Assembly: GCA_973895155.1 (NCBI GenBank)
Contig: OZ316898.1
Coordinates: 1,463,927 to 1,527,926, forward strand
Direction: 5' to 3'
Source of the DNA: Marsupella aquatica
Taxonomy: Eukaryota > Plantae > Marchantiophyta
Length of the DNA stretch: 64,000 bases
Shown: one piece after another, positions 51,060 through 64,000 of the stretch
Layout of the letters: every line of letters starts with the position of its first letter
Position numbering within the stretch: position 1 is the first letter of the stretch
Position numbers and translations under genes: made by a program
The notes under the pieces: generated by a model
Seen by the model: the letters and a program-made list of their open reading frames with translations, nothing else
What the model was told of the DNA's origin: nothing
Databases searched by the model: none

Positions 51060-53938
51060 GCACTACGCTGGTGCTTGAAGATAGATCAATCTCGCCAAGT
51101 CATTCGGAGCTCCTGGTACTAAATTTGCTGAAGTTGTCTTCAACACTTCTCTTACCGGGTAAGATTTCTTTCTCAATCCATCCCCTGTTCATTTCTCTTA
51201 CCGGGTATGATTTCTTTCTCAATCCTTCCCCTGTGCACTTCTCTTACCGGGTATGATTTCTTTCTCAATCCTTCCCCTGTAGTTTAACGATTGCAGAGAG
51301 AGGGCTATCTCTGTCCGAGAGTTGATTAACCCCGAATTAGGCACCTGTTTTATGTCTCTAGTTTGCATTGCCGAGAGATTGTGACTGGACTCCATCTCAG
51401 TGGATGGACAATGTTAGGGAATTTCCTTGACCGAATTCCCGTTCTTCATTGTAGTTTAATGTTTCAACAAACCAATCCTTTAAGAACAAATCTATGAACT
51501 GGGAATTATAATATAGCTAAGGGCGTTGGTCCTTCCGTGGATAGCGCATCTTTGGAAGGTTGTTACCCCTCAACGAGAATGGAGATGACTTTCAAAGTGA
51601 CGAAAACAACTGAAGGCATCGTTCTTCGTGCATTTTGCGGCAGATATTAGGAGAATTTGACAAGTCCTAGCTACGCTGGTCAGATTGTGCTCATGACGCA
51701 GCCACACGTCGGCAATACTTGCGTTAATATGTGGTAATTATCCAGCTGCAAGTTTCAGACAGACGTGGCAGATGAAAAGTATGAAGTATAGCACATTACA
51801 CATGTATTAGGCGTATAGGCAATGTGTCGGTGAATGGCTGCTGGCTTCATCTCTTGCATTTCCTGATGGGATATTCATTTTCAAAGAGAATTGAGGTCTG
51901 TTTATGACTTGAGCACACCAGCTTCGTGAGAAACACGATCTTTTCGGAGTGAGTGAGGGCTGAGCAGGATTGTTAGATTATATTATTGTTTAAGAAATAT
52001 ATATATTACATCCCGATTGGGACTAATCCCGAAATTGAGATTATACGTTTGCATCCTACGGCATTGGATATTTTGGACATTTTTGGGTTGAACTATCAAC
52101 AAAAACCTGTTTTGAACAATTTCCAGATGATGAAGAGGCATCGACAATTTTCCTGACTGGCCTTATTATTCGGGACTTGAGTAACTGGTAAGCAGGATAA
52201 GCTATAGTATCATTTTTGTTGAGAAAAGAAGGATTCGACTTTCTGAGAATCTGTGATGCGCTTGTAGCTTGCTGGATTGTACATTCTGGCCGTCCACCCT
52301 CCCGGAATGTATGGACAACGAATAAATCATAAGATAATGGCATTGTAAGGATTATCCGAATCTTCCAGAACTGTTCAAAGTCGTCACAATTTTGGTTACA
52401 AGGTTTCCAATTGGAGGTCAACACAGACACTCCCTGGCTATCTTCAGAAGAACAACGTCATGAGGATTTGTAAGGGCCTCTTTCGGGCCTGCATTTGATA
52501 TCTCTGTTTACCTTGTTTGTCTTTGATGCAGTATTCTCTCATTGGTATTGTCGCTAATGTTCAGAGACTTTTACTGTTGCAGTTGACATGGATACACGAG
52601 CTATCACAAGAAATTTCGGGAGGAAGGCCTTCGTTGGAGTACTTACAACTGATACGACCGAGACAGATGAAGCACTGCTAACAATGGCTACGAACTGGAC
52701 TATAGTGGCTTTGTCTCAAACACCTGTCCGGTACCGGCTTGAAAGACATGGGGTTAGTTGCAAATGCATTGCTGTGAATCTCATGCCATGCCGTGGGACC
52801 CCCTGTATAGTCATCAGGAGCAATTTTTCCTGTGTGATCCAGATAACTGCAGTTGATTGTTGCTTGTGAGTGTACGGACACTACTAAGTTAACGGGATGA
52901 TCTTTCTGTTTGCAGGAAACGACCTCATATATCTGGAGTGTCTTGCTCTGAACGCTATGAGTGGACGGACAAAACAGCCAAAGACTGGGAATTCATCAGA
53001 AGATTACTGATGGTGTCTTTGAACCATTCAAGGTGGGTCTGTATCGGAAGGCTTAGAATTTGAATTATTTGATATCATTATTTATGCTCCTTAATAGATA
53101 TTATTGTTAAGAATTGGTATCTTACAAGTTCTCTGAATGTACATATTTTGATCAGCTTGTTACCTAGCACCATGGCTGTAAATAAATACTTTGTAAGAAC
53201 ATTGAATTGGTATCTTACGAGTGCTTTGCCTCTGCATGTACTGACATGGTTTTCGAAAATTTCTTTAGAGCAGAAAATTGGCATCTGACAAGTTTGCTTT
53301 CTGTGCATATCTTGATCAGGCTGTTGCCTATGACTACGGCTGCAAGGCAAACAGCTTGAAGCGTTTGACTTCCTATGGATGCAAAAATACCGTTGTTCCA
53401 TCCTCATTCCCATCATCAGAAGTGTTAAAGATGCAACCAGATGGAGTACTCTTCAGCAAAGGACCGTGGGAACCATCAGCTGTGCCGTATGCTGTCCAAA
53501 GTGTGAAGGATCTTGAGGGATAGGTACCAGTGTTTGGAATCTGTATGGGTCATCAGCTCCTTCGGCAGGCTCGAGGTGGTCTGACCTGCAAGATGAATTT
53601 GGTCATCATGGAGGCAATCACCCAGTTAGGCTTTAGCCACAGGACGCATTGATATTAGTGCACAGGTGCGAGTCATACTAGCCCCTCTTGAAATTGCTGT
53701 CTTCTGTCCTTTTAGGCTCTTGCTGCTTCTGTTGAAGCCATTCATATGCGTTGTGCTTTCGTCTGGCTTGCAGAATCATAGCTATGCTGTTGATCCGGAG
53801 TCTCTGCCTGAAGGGGTAGAAGTTACTCATATCAATCTAAATGATGGCACTTGTGCCGGCTTAGTTTTCCTGCCATGGAAGTGATGAGTATCCAATATCA
53901 CCCTGAATCCTCGCCTGGCCCACATGATGCGGAACGAG
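51060..53938 (+). pseudogene. carA: carbamoyl-phosphate synthase small chain (carA/VEN6-like) pseudogene with introns; a possible 5' exon lies near 50628
   Basis: Exon remnants LVLED..., [65 protein letters not shown] and IQYHPESSPGPHD. In-frame TAG at 53521-53523; frameshifts near 51090, 53600 and 53875. Confidence 0.88.
51149..51280. repeat. 3 x ~46-bp tandem repeat
   Basis: ctcttaccgggta(a/t)gatttctttctcaatcc(a/t)tcccctgt occurs three times. Confidence 0.88.
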
Positions 53939-55446
53939 GTGTTTCATCCTAATCAATCGTGCTTCCGACGATCCATTATGTCACTATGGTTCCACATTGA
54001 GGGGAGGGCGAGCATTGACATGTGTGACTCAGCGGATATTTGGGTTTATTGAGAAATGAAGCCAAATCGCTTGCTTGAAACCCACGTCGATCGCAAACTG
54101 TTGCAGGGACATGGTGTAGTTTGAGTACGTGGAACTTACCGCACTTGTTACGTAGAGGGGAAGCAACCATGTTTTGTAGTTTCCTTTATCGTGTCTACAG
54201 TTAGTGGTTGTATAGTTGCAGTATGTAGTGAACGGTCTGCAATGTGAAGGTCAAATAGATGATTTTCCTTCTCACTTCGTTTTTGGTCTGTTGTCTTCCG
54301 GCGGTCGTCTACGACTTTATGAAGTAAAATCGAGCATCTCAAATGGGAAGGTAGAGGCCAAGAGTACTACAGAGAATGGTCTAGATGGCTAAATTTCTCA
54401 ATATGTGATTAGTTGCTTTGCATAACCGCGCAGCCCCTCATGTAATTAGCTCTCGAATGTTTGCCATTAAATTGTGCTATATTCACTGATAATAACATTG
54501 CTATCCTGGACGAAATGGAGGAACAGTATGCATTATTGTTTGGAAGTTAATGAGTTCTTATGTTTTGACAGTTAGTGTTCCATCGGCTTTAGAATGTACT
54601 CAGTTATCTTAATTGTTATCAGGTACTTACAACACGAGCAGAGACCCAGTGGTGTGGACTCTTTGGAGTTCAGTAGATTAATAACGGTAGCCATGTCATC
54701 CATCCATGTATTTGTAGTGACATATTTTACAGTAGTAAACTTTATTGATTTAGATGGGCTCGTGTGTTTGCTGCTTGTATCTGAAATGCAGTGTTGCATT
54801 GTCTTACAGCTTTTATATGTCTAAATAAATATGGCTTGTGTGTTTTTCTGAATGTTTTTCGTGTCCGATATATCATGGTCATTTGGTGGGATGCTTTTAG
54901 ATCCTTCGGCTTATCTATGATCTGTGAATTCCACATGATTTCCTTGAATGTGTTTCGCGTTGATCATAGCAATAAAGTCTTCAAGTGAACTGATAAGGAG
55001 AACTTCTCGTTTCATATATTATGGGCGGAAGCTTGGTTGCGTTTTAGGATCCTTTATATAACCAGCAATGTAAGCACATGACCAATGATTCAGCCGAATA
55101 ACTTTCATTTTTTGTAAAAGATTTTGAGGAAGAAGCCTCGAGTTCGATGCAAGAGCCTCAGCTCTCTGCAAATTTGGTCATCTGAAGTCTTTGCTGAACC
55201 CAGAATAGTAAACTCACCGAAAATTGAATGACAGATCTTCAAGGAGGTCTTGAAGCCAAGGATTATCGTTCAATGGGATTTGGAAACATAAACTGCATCG
55301 GAAGGTTCTAATACACCTTTCCGAAGACATTATTTGTCTTGTCTGTTGTCTACTTTGTGTAGGTTTGGCACTGTACGCAAATAGACAAGATTCAATGGCG
55401 AGGGTGGGGGAAGGGGAAGGGGGAGTGGGAGCCGGAGCAAAGTAAT

Positions 55447-55571
55447 AGACATGGGCGATCATCCAATGGTGAAACCTGGCCGACTGTTCGCAAATTAGAC
55501 AAGATTCAATGCCGAAGCGGGGGAGCGGGAGACATGGGCGATCATCCAATGGTGAAACCTGGCCAACTGTT
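55447..55571. repeat. local direct duplication (~42-bp core)
   Basis: agacatgggcgatcatccaatggtgaaacctggcc.actgtt at 55447 and 55530. Confidence 0.8.
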
Positions 55572-55938
55572 GACCGTTAACTAGAGCTAATTTGCTAATT
55601 CGAATCAAACAAAAAAATTGGAAAAGTTTCTATTTAGAGTATGGGAAAGAGTTAATTAATGTAGTAAATCTTAGATCCAAGATTTTCTGTGGCCCAAACC
55701 GTAATTACTATGCTCGCAATCACCTCTGGGTTCCAAGATATTCTGACCAAGCAGTAATCGCTTTGCCCGGGAATCGCTTCTGAGATCCAAGATTTCTGAA
55801 GGCAAATGAGTAATCCGCGATTCAGGTCAGCCGCGATTTTTCCCTAGAGCTTTCTGATGAATGTTGTTCATGAGGCATTCCATGACTTACTTGGGAAATC
55901 CCTGGCTTTAAATTCTGTTTTAATTTTCAAAATTCCTC

Positions 55939-56079
55939 AAGCTCAGTCATGCACCGTCATTCTAAAATTGGGCATTTGGGGGTGTGAGCAACGACGATGG
56001 CACCAAGCTGACAAGCTCAGTCAGTGCGCCGTCATTCTAAAATTGGGCATTTGGGGGTGTGAGCAACGACGATGGCACC
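55939..56079. repeat. 2 x ~74-bp tandem repeat
   Basis: aagctcagtca...cgtcattctaaaattgggcatttgggggtgtgagcaacgacgatggcacc occurs twice. Confidence 0.88.
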
Positions 56080-57235
56080 TGGGAAGGGAAAAATCTAGGG
56101 GCACCAAACAGATGGCGTACGGGGATTCTGCCCAATCGAGGGCCAAAGGGAACGTGCTGGTAGAGGCTTTCAGGTGGAGAGCGTTCAGGTGAGAGCGTTC
56201 AGGTGACGGTATCAGCATTGTGTGCGTGGTTGTCGTTGGTCAGCAGGTGGGTCTCGCAGCTCAATCTTAAGAGCTTATGTACCGCCAGTCACATTCTTCA
56301 ATGTATCACGCATACTTCACCGACCTTGGGGAACAGAACAGTCCTTTTCTTGTCTTCGAACCTTGATGAATAAGCTTTGTGTCCGTTTTTCGCTGGATGT
56401 CTTGTGCGCAGATAAAATCCTCTCTATCTGCAAAGTTTTGCGAACGGGGACGATTCCCTGAAATTTCACTACATCGTGTACTGTTCAGTTGATGTCATAG
56501 ACGGACACGGTAGGTGTTGCATTTTTTTACTGTAAAATGTCCGTGATGTCGTGAGATGTTCCGTTCCTTGGATTGAGACGATTCTTAGATCTCTGCATCA
56601 GCGATTGTTGTATGTCATGTCTCACCTCAGATCATGAACGTGATTGGTTGGAGACTATATTAATTGGGCGGGATTGTCTCGTCTTCCCATGAATTTCACA
56701 ATTTGTCTCAGCCGCTGTTCTCTGTGCATCAGGATAATAGATCTATTAGTGTGTCATGATAGCCATTGATCGGGAGTACTTTGGTAAACGGGAATGTCAT
56801 GCTCATTTGAGTAGCCAGGCGGCGTTTGTGGTTTGTTTTTGAGGTCCTATGCTGCGTGTTCAATTAACTTTGCGTTCTGCACTAAACTTCAGCTTTTTGC
56901 ATTCAGTGAACAATCCCAAAAAGCTCGGTGTGAGCGTGAACGAGACGTTCCTCGGTCTTCTCTATCCCACCGAAAATTAGAAAGTGTAAGTAACTCGTAC
57001 CATGCCTAAGGAAAATGTCAAGTTCGCTCTAGCCTGGGGTTTTTAGGACCTGGCCGGGAAGAAATTCGACCAGGCCGGGAGAGTGTGGTGCTCGGCCGGG
57101 AGGGGCCGGGAGAATTTGACACCGGGCCAGGGAATATCAGAGAATATTGGACAAATAGAGGGTTTTTGGATGGACAAGTTGTCATTTGTCGTGTCGACAG
57201 TGAAAACCCTAAACCCAACCTCACTCAAAACAATT

Positions 57236-57816
57236 AAAACAATTGGATTTTTTCCGAGAATCGTATGTCGTCACACGACAACCTCAGTTCCTTGGAAGTC
57301 CCTTCCTCTGCTTGATAACCAGGACATTCTGTGGGTTATTGACTACCATGTAGAGAACTCCATTGAGATTCGTGGCAGTGGAAGGTCCCACAGCGAAATC
57401 CCCCGAAACAGCAAAATCTTTTCTGTTCTAGGTGGAGTCGTAGATCTGCGCAAAATAGCCACTCCCACCACAGAAGAGGAGGACCGCCTTGTATGTCTCC
57501 GTAGATGGGTCTATCACCAGATTGTTGCAGCTGACATAACTAGTCCTCAGCGGACAAGCTGGCAATAGCTTCCAGGTCCGGGTCAAAACGTTGGTCACGT
57601 ACAGATTATGCATCCCAGTCCCCGTTTCCGACCAAGGAACCCCATACAACAGAGTTCCTTCCATTCGCCAATATGAACTGGACAGGAACTGATTCCGGCT
57701 CTCCAGGAACAAATTGTCAGGCAGGAAAGAAAGCGAGGGCAGTTTTCCCCAATTTTGAGATGCCCTGTCGTAAGCAAGGACATTCTCCTTGCCAATGAGG
57801 ACAGGCGAGAAGGTCT
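57236..57816 (-). pseudogene. F-box/kelch-associated-like gene fragment, left arm of the inverted duplication
   Basis: Reverse complement of 61460-62051; carries a 9-bp deletion and a TAG at 57428-57430. The WGKLPSLSFL, LYVxNVLTRTWKLLP and YKxxL...QIYDS pattern resembles plant F-box-associated domains (family call is an inference). Confidence 0.65.
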
Positions 57817-57955
57817 CCCAACTGGGGATGTCGATCATGTCAAATGTGGATATTCTTAGTTGCATTACGACAGGAGAGTCATGTACATTGAAAACATGTA
57901 AGATGAACACTCAACATAGCTTATGTGAAAATCAGTGCCGGTCACTGGAGAGTAA

Positions 57956-60900
57956 TTACAAGATGGTAAACAATTTGTATTGCTTTGATGTTATTGGAGC
58001 ACTGGCCGATGCAGTAGGCCATGAACACCAGCAAATATGCCCATTAAAGCCTATCACCATTCCGGCTAACAGGGTCCAGTCTACCCATGACCATCTCTCT
58101 TTAAACGTTTCCAGGGCTCGCTTGCCTTTCAATGTGGGAACTCTTCCAGCCTTTTGAATCTGATATTCTCCAGGAAGCTGTTCATACTCATCACCGTAAT
58201 TTACACTTATTCTCCTTCCTCTTTGGGACCTCACACCCTTCCTGTGCCGCTCAGATTGCTTGAACCTGGGGCTCGCGAAGCTCATCTTCAAGCCATAACA
58301 GCTATCTGAAACCCCTGAAGGTGACCTCTCTTGCAAAGCATGGATCTCATCAGACACCATCATACCTCTCAGCATCAGTCTTATCAGGTTTTGCAGTTTC
58401 CCAACCTTCATCATTTCCAACCACTGCACTTAGTGAGCAGTGTGTGCTAGTTTGCTCTCCCTTGTCCTCATCACAGGTAAAAGGATGAAATTGGTTGACC
58501 CCAGAACCATCACAATTGCATTTGGGAGATTCTTTGGCTCTTGACTCGTCACAAGCGCACGAATGAGATTGTTGCTCAAAGGGACCACCACAAGCACAAG
58601 GATCTGATAGGTTCGAACAGCCACCACTTGACGTTTCAGTGTCCTTCCTTTGTGGCGTTGACAAGCTCTTCGTCCAATACTCAAGCTGACCGTCTTGGTT
58701 AAGAGGTACGTTGGAGCTAGCGAGAACTGGCTCACCCATGACAGACCATCTTCCAGCAGAAGTGACCTTCACCTCACAGTTAGCACCTAATAGGACACTG
58801 GAAGCTTGCAGAAGAACCTGGACATAAGATTTTGTGTGTCCGACCTGCACAACAGTAACGAGGAAAACAAACAAGCGAATTGCGAATTACTTCCGAGAAT
58901 ATTCCTGGACTCTCATCCAAAAATGTAGCTGTGTAGACAGGGTCCATTCGTGAAACGAAAGATGTGTTTCTTCTCTGTACAGTAGCACGTGAAAGTTTTC
59001 AATGCCTCATTTAGTAATTCAACTCGAAATCAGCTGATGTGCCTTCAACACTTCTAGGTTTGGGAAAGAGGCATTCCGGAATCGACTTTGAAAGAGAAAG
59101 AAGTACCAGGTGGATGCCATCCGAGGCAACACCTGTAACCCAGACCTTTTGATCTGGCCTTCCATATCCTTGTAGGGGGAGAAGCTTTCAAAAACTGTGG
59201 TCTCCCTGCTGCGCTTCTTCACTTCAGACGTAGGTACCTTTTTCATTCGAGCAGCAGGCGTGCCTGGATCAAAACATCACCAACGTTGCATACATTTTAA
59301 TAAAATTGTCATTCCAGAATTGCACACGGTCACAATACTTAGTCGGCAGAATGTCTAAATGACTAAAATATATCGTTTCGAACACTTTTAGTCAACATTC
59401 GCAGACTTCTGAACATACCTGGCCGTGGATAAAACTGGGAAATGGGGACTTCTGCAAACTTATAGTCTTTGATGAGTGAAATCGTTTGTTCAAAATCTTC
59501 AACAGTTTCACCTGCCAGTACAGCCAACATTTGAGAACCTCCCAAATTAATATAAAGTTTCAAGGCCAGACAAAGGCACGCTTTGCGACGAAAATGGTGA
59601 GTGTGTCAATAGTGATTATGGTATAAGTGGAGACAACCATATTACGAAAGACAGCAGTACTACTCGCACATCCTCACTCTCAACTTTGTATAACAGACGT
59701 CTCATACAACGTACACTGGCGACAAAACCAAAAGCCTGGAACTCTAATCCACGCGAAAGTGAGTAAACGCTGCTGTAAGCATAATAAGAACCCCCAAAAC
59801 ATATCCTCACTCAGAACAGCCAGGTTACCTGGAAATCCACAAATAATATCCGTTGCGATGTGTATGTTGGGAACCAAACGTGTAAGTGTATCTGCTACCT
59901 GGCGAAACTCTGCCACATTCTACTCTCGCTTCATAGCCTGCAAAATTACGTGATCCCGTATCATTCAAAGGAGAGTACTTGACTGATAGTGAAGCTACCA
60001 TACTCCTTGCATTGAAACCCATTTACAAGATGGGCGATTGGTCCAGGAGGGGGTAGTACGTTTAGAACAGCATCGCTTCCAGACTGAACTGGAACATGAA
60101 GAAACAAATAAATGCATGGATGTCGCAGAATCTCTGCTATGGCCTCCAGGTGCTGTAAGATGCAGGGTGGGTTTGTCATCCCAATGCGCAACATTGTGCT
60201 TCTATCCTCAGGAAACTCGGCTACCAAAGCACGGAGCAATTTTGGCAGATCTGTTCCTAAGTCGCGACCTACACGAACAAAATGATCAAATTCAGTTGGA
60301 GCTGGTATGGAATACAGTCAATTCTCATTCGAATCTCCGCCATCTCCCAGAAGTGACATGCCTGTTTTCAACTTGGCTGTGTAGTATAAGGTTACTTGAC
60401 AACAGGAACAATGTCATCAAGGCACCTACAGTATCCTCCAGATCAAGTGCTCTAAAAGTCCCACACAGAAGGCATACAGTATCATGCTCACTAACAAAAT
60501 AAAACTACAAGTTCTTTAGTCAAAGGATAGAGATGCATTTCTACCATAAGCTCCCGTGTCTTCACTACTGAGCCAGATCTCCGTCACCCCTTCAGCTATT
60601 ACTGACCTCACCCTGTCAACCTGACAACAATTACCAAAGCGGCACCCTGTTTCTAAAATCAGTTACTCTCTTCGGATGGCCATTCTCATTTTCCAAGTTA
60701 CGATCTAAGACTTGCTAAATATTATCATTATTGGCACTTCAAAATATTGAAAAAAGGGTTAAGCAAAAAAAAGGTCGACCTCATGAGACTGGCAGAAGCA
60801 ACCGGCAGAAACAATCCGACCACCACAACGAGTCTTGCAAAGTTTTCACAACTTACAAGAGCAGATATGCTGGAGCTCCCAAGATGCCCACGGGCGTTCT

Positions 60901-60976
60901 TTGTTTTGCAGTAGGTGCACGCACCCAAACATCCCACATTGATAGGAACAATTTCGACAAACTTGTTCTTCCGCAC
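57956..60976 (-). pseudogene. CDKAL1: tRNA threonylcarbamoyladenosine methylthiotransferase (CDKAL1/e-MtaB-like), 5'-truncated pseudogene with introns
   Basis: Radical-SAM [72 protein letters not shown]-region GHTKSYVQV and a C-terminal hydrophobic tail. In-frame TAG at 59920-59922 and a frameshift near 59150. No N-terminal exons found before 61460. Confidence 0.88.
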
Positions 60977-61459
60977 CTATTTTTCCACCGAACACATCAC
61001 AGTGATTTGAAGAAAAGTTATTGTAATATCAATCTTTTCCTTGAGCAATACGATAAACAAGTTGTCGGAACGTCAACTGCAATGATAACAGAAAAATGCA
61101 TGCTACAGTTCGTGGTGTAACTGAACGTGAACCCTTGTATGCATTCACTTGCCGATAGTTCAACGTCTACTTACGGCAGGCACTCGATCAGAAGTATTTT
61201 CAAAATCATTGCAAACGAATGAAATTCTTGACTAGTAAGATGCAAGCCGAGAAGAAACACTTCAAATATAGGCCGGGAGTTTCACTACACCTGATTTTGT
61301 GAACAACCAAAAGTCTTGACATAAATTGTCTGCAATTCACACCATAAGCAGGGAAACTAGTAATGCAGCAAACTAATAAAATAATGCAACTCATTCAACC
61401 TTGCAAAAATATATCACATGGCCTATTTCAGCTCGTTGCCTCTAACTCATGAACCTGTT

Positions 61460-62091
61460 AGACCTTCTCCCCTGTCCTCATTGGCATGGAGAATGTCCTT
61501 GCTTACGACAGGGCATCTCAAAATTGGGGAAAACTGCCATCGCTTTCTTTCCTGCGTGAGAATTTGTTCCTGGGGAGCCGGAATCAGTTTCTGTCCAGGT
61601 CATATTGGCGAATGGAAGGGACTCTGTTGTATGGGGTTCCTTGGTCGGAAACGGGGACTCGGATGCATAATCTGTACGTGGCCAACGTTTTGACCCGGAC
61701 CTGGAAGCTATTGCCAGCTTGTCCGCTGAGGACTAGTTATGTCAGCTGCAACAATCTGGTGATAGACCCATCTACGGAGACATACAAGGTGATCCTCCTC
61801 TTCTGTGGTGGGAGTAACTATTTTGCGCAGATCTACGACTCCAAGTCAGAAACCTGGAACAGAAAATATTTTGCTGTTTCGGGGGATTTCGCTGTGGGAC
61901 CTTCCACTGCCACGAATCTCAATGGCATTCTCTACATGGTGGCAGTCAATAACCCGCAGAATGTCCTGGTTATCAAAGCAGAGGAAGGGACTTCCAAGGA
62001 ACTGAGGTTGTCGTGTGACGACGTACTATTCTCGGAAAAAACCAATTGTTTTGCTACTATCCTGAAAGTCGGATCAATCTCGAGCATTTGA
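61460..62091 (+). pseudogene. F-box/kelch-associated-like gene fragment, right arm of the inverted duplication (ORF 61486-62091)
   Basis: 201-aa open frame with no N-terminal F-box motif; near identical to 57236-57816 in inverted orientation. Confidence 0.6.
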
Positions 62092-62329
62092 AGGAGGGAA
62101 GTTTGTCAGATGTAACTTTCTGAAGTGTGCAGTAGAAAAAAAAAAAAAGAGTTGGCAGAGTATCGTCGAGCAAATTAGACGTTCCTACGGGGCCAAGTTT
62201 TTCTCACAAGAATTTATACCTCAAAATGGATCACAACCTGCGTTGGGAGCAACGTTGGCCGGGATGCATGTCTCTAATTTCGAGTTAAACGTCAAAGTAA
62301 TGATATGTTTCACATGTTATCGTTTTCAG

Positions 62330-63974
62330 GGAGATGAGCTTGGAATTGATCGGTCTGACATAAAGACTGTCAGATTAGCTGGTGTAGCTTCTCCCTGGCC
62401 AATATTTTATGCATGCCAGGTTTTCTTTGTCCACAGGAGGTGTTTGAAATCAACCGCCTTGCCATATTGCTAGAATAAAACCACGGTCACCAAAATCTCG
62501 GGCTGGCTGTATGTCTCGATGTACGGTGAATACTCTTGTGAAGACTCCCAAGGTCTGATGTAGGAATTGATTCACCTCGGTTAATAATTCTGCAAAGCCA
62601 ATTGGTACGAGCCGCCATTGCCCCTGGAAGGACATTAAGACTAAGTTGTCGACTTGAACGAGTTGCAGGCCATCTTCACGATGTAAGGCATGGTCCCTTC
62701 AGTCATGTGTTTGACAACGAGTTCCTTCCTAAGATACTGCCAGGTCTTAAATGGTTAGTTTCTATGTTTCTTGTCCTCGACTTAAGCTTTTGAATGGAAG
62801 TTTTCACATTCCGTGACTTCATCATCCTTTGTTGTTCATCTCTAGTCAAGGCATTGTAGCGAGACGTTCCTGTGCAAGTTGGACAAGATTCTGACTTTCT
62901 TTGTTATTCTTTCATTTGTTGCAGGAGCCATGAGCAAATGTCAGCGGACATGATAGATTACATTGTCGATCTCCATCATATTGACATTGATCAAGAAGAA
63001 TTGAAGAAAGTAAAGGTAAGGGAAAGGTCACCAGTTTGCCACGCAATATCAACAAATTTTGGAATTTGTCTGTCAGTCTGGAATGGAGAATCCTGTTTGA
63101 AGCTAGAGAATGGCCAACATAGGCCTTAAACTGCTTGGTACTTCTAGGCTACTCTGGCCGGCATGTTCTGATTGCACGTCGGGAACTGTTGTATACAGGA
63201 TATGATACTCGCAAGCAGTAAAGATCCATCTCATTCTGCAGTAAGAGGACAGAACCATGGCTTGAAATTCAATTGTTTATATAGCAACATTCGTTTCGAA
63301 ATGTGAGGCATGTATTGCAAGAACTTTTTGGAGCTTTAATCATACCCTTTGTATGTGAATGAAAGCTGTGGAAGTCCAATAGCATCGTATTTATATTAGA
63401 CTGTGAGTCTTTTATTTATTTCTTGAATTTGATCTAAGCATTAATGTTATTTGTAATGTCTTTGGATTAAACTACCACTGATGTCCGTGATGTGGGTTAC
63501 TAGACAGTTTGTAAAGCACGATGGCAAATGATTTGTTGAGCTTGTTTTGCGGCAAATGGGGTGCTAACACAGTGCTGCTTCATGTGTTCTTGATTCAGGG
63601 ACGGAGTGAGAAAGGCTTCATTTATGATATTGTAGCTAATGGACGCAATGGGATAGATGTTGACAAGTAGGTTCTTTACTCTAGAGTTGTAGTTCTTAAA
63701 TGAATCAATGCAAGGAATGATAGGTCTCAAACATACAATCGCCGTACCGAATTGAAATTCCAGAGCAGTTGTCTCTGCATTCAGAGACCAAAATCTTTCT
63801 CCAGTTGAATCTCCTTAATTGAGGGTGCTACCTTGGAGGCAACCTCATAGTTTATATTCAGCCACGGGAGCATCAGACATTGCTGACAGTAATGCAAATT
63901 TCTTTTTGCTGATTTGATTATATTGAAAGAGATGCTCGAGCATGTGGTCTTCGAACAAGCTTTAGTTATTCCAG
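62330..63974 (+). pseudogene. VEN4: SAMHD1-like HD-domain dNTP triphosphohydrolase (VEN4-like), 5'-truncated, probably a pseudogene; exons 62330-62381, 62669-62753, 62925-63015, 63199-63240, 63599-63666, 63912-63974; continues off the window
   Basis: GDELGID...TVRLAGHLHDVRHGPFSH, WSHEQMS..MIDYIVD.HHIDID and YDIVANGRNGIDVDKFDYIERD. The HD motif is altered (HDVGHG to HDVRHG), the acceptor at 63909-63911 is CTG rather than CAG, and no upstream RFEHS exon was found. Confidence 0.85.
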
Positions 63975-64000
63975 GTAATCATCACATAATTTCGCCACTA

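Noticed and set aside
51060-63974. Functional nucleotide-metabolism gene cluster (carA + CDKAL1 + SAMHD1)
   Set aside because: All three carry inactivating lesions or truncations, so the thematic link is probably coincidental.

Overview
Eukaryotic nuclear DNA from a land plant, probably a non-seed plant (inference); no prokaryotic operons, CRISPR arrays or RNA genes were found. Six apparently intact genes were reconstructed by hand from splice sites and conserved motifs: an organellar SpoU/MRM1-type rRNA methyltransferase, a divergent plastid-type transketolase, the AP-3 sigma subunit, a Mn-dependent ADP-ribose/CDP-alcohol diphosphatase (ADPRM), a long-form plastid MurE (PAP11-like) and a dormancy/auxin-associated DRM/ARP protein. 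Mobile DNA includes two decayed Ty1/copia elements (one complete with LTRs and AGATC target-site duplication), a LINE zf-RVT fragment, four copies of a ~290-bp MITE and many tandem repeats. The last 13 kb is a cluster of decayed gene fragments (intron-containing carA, CDKAL1/MtaB and SAMHD1/VEN4, plus two F-box-like pieces) that includes a ~585-bp inverted duplication. The two most striking observations are: (1) the intronless ADPRM ORF lies wholly inside intron 5 of the AP-3 sigma gene on the same strand, behind a strong alternative 3' splice site; (2) an unrecognised protein-coding family occurs twice, 33 kb apart, with codon-level conservation. All exon models are manual predictions without transcript support.
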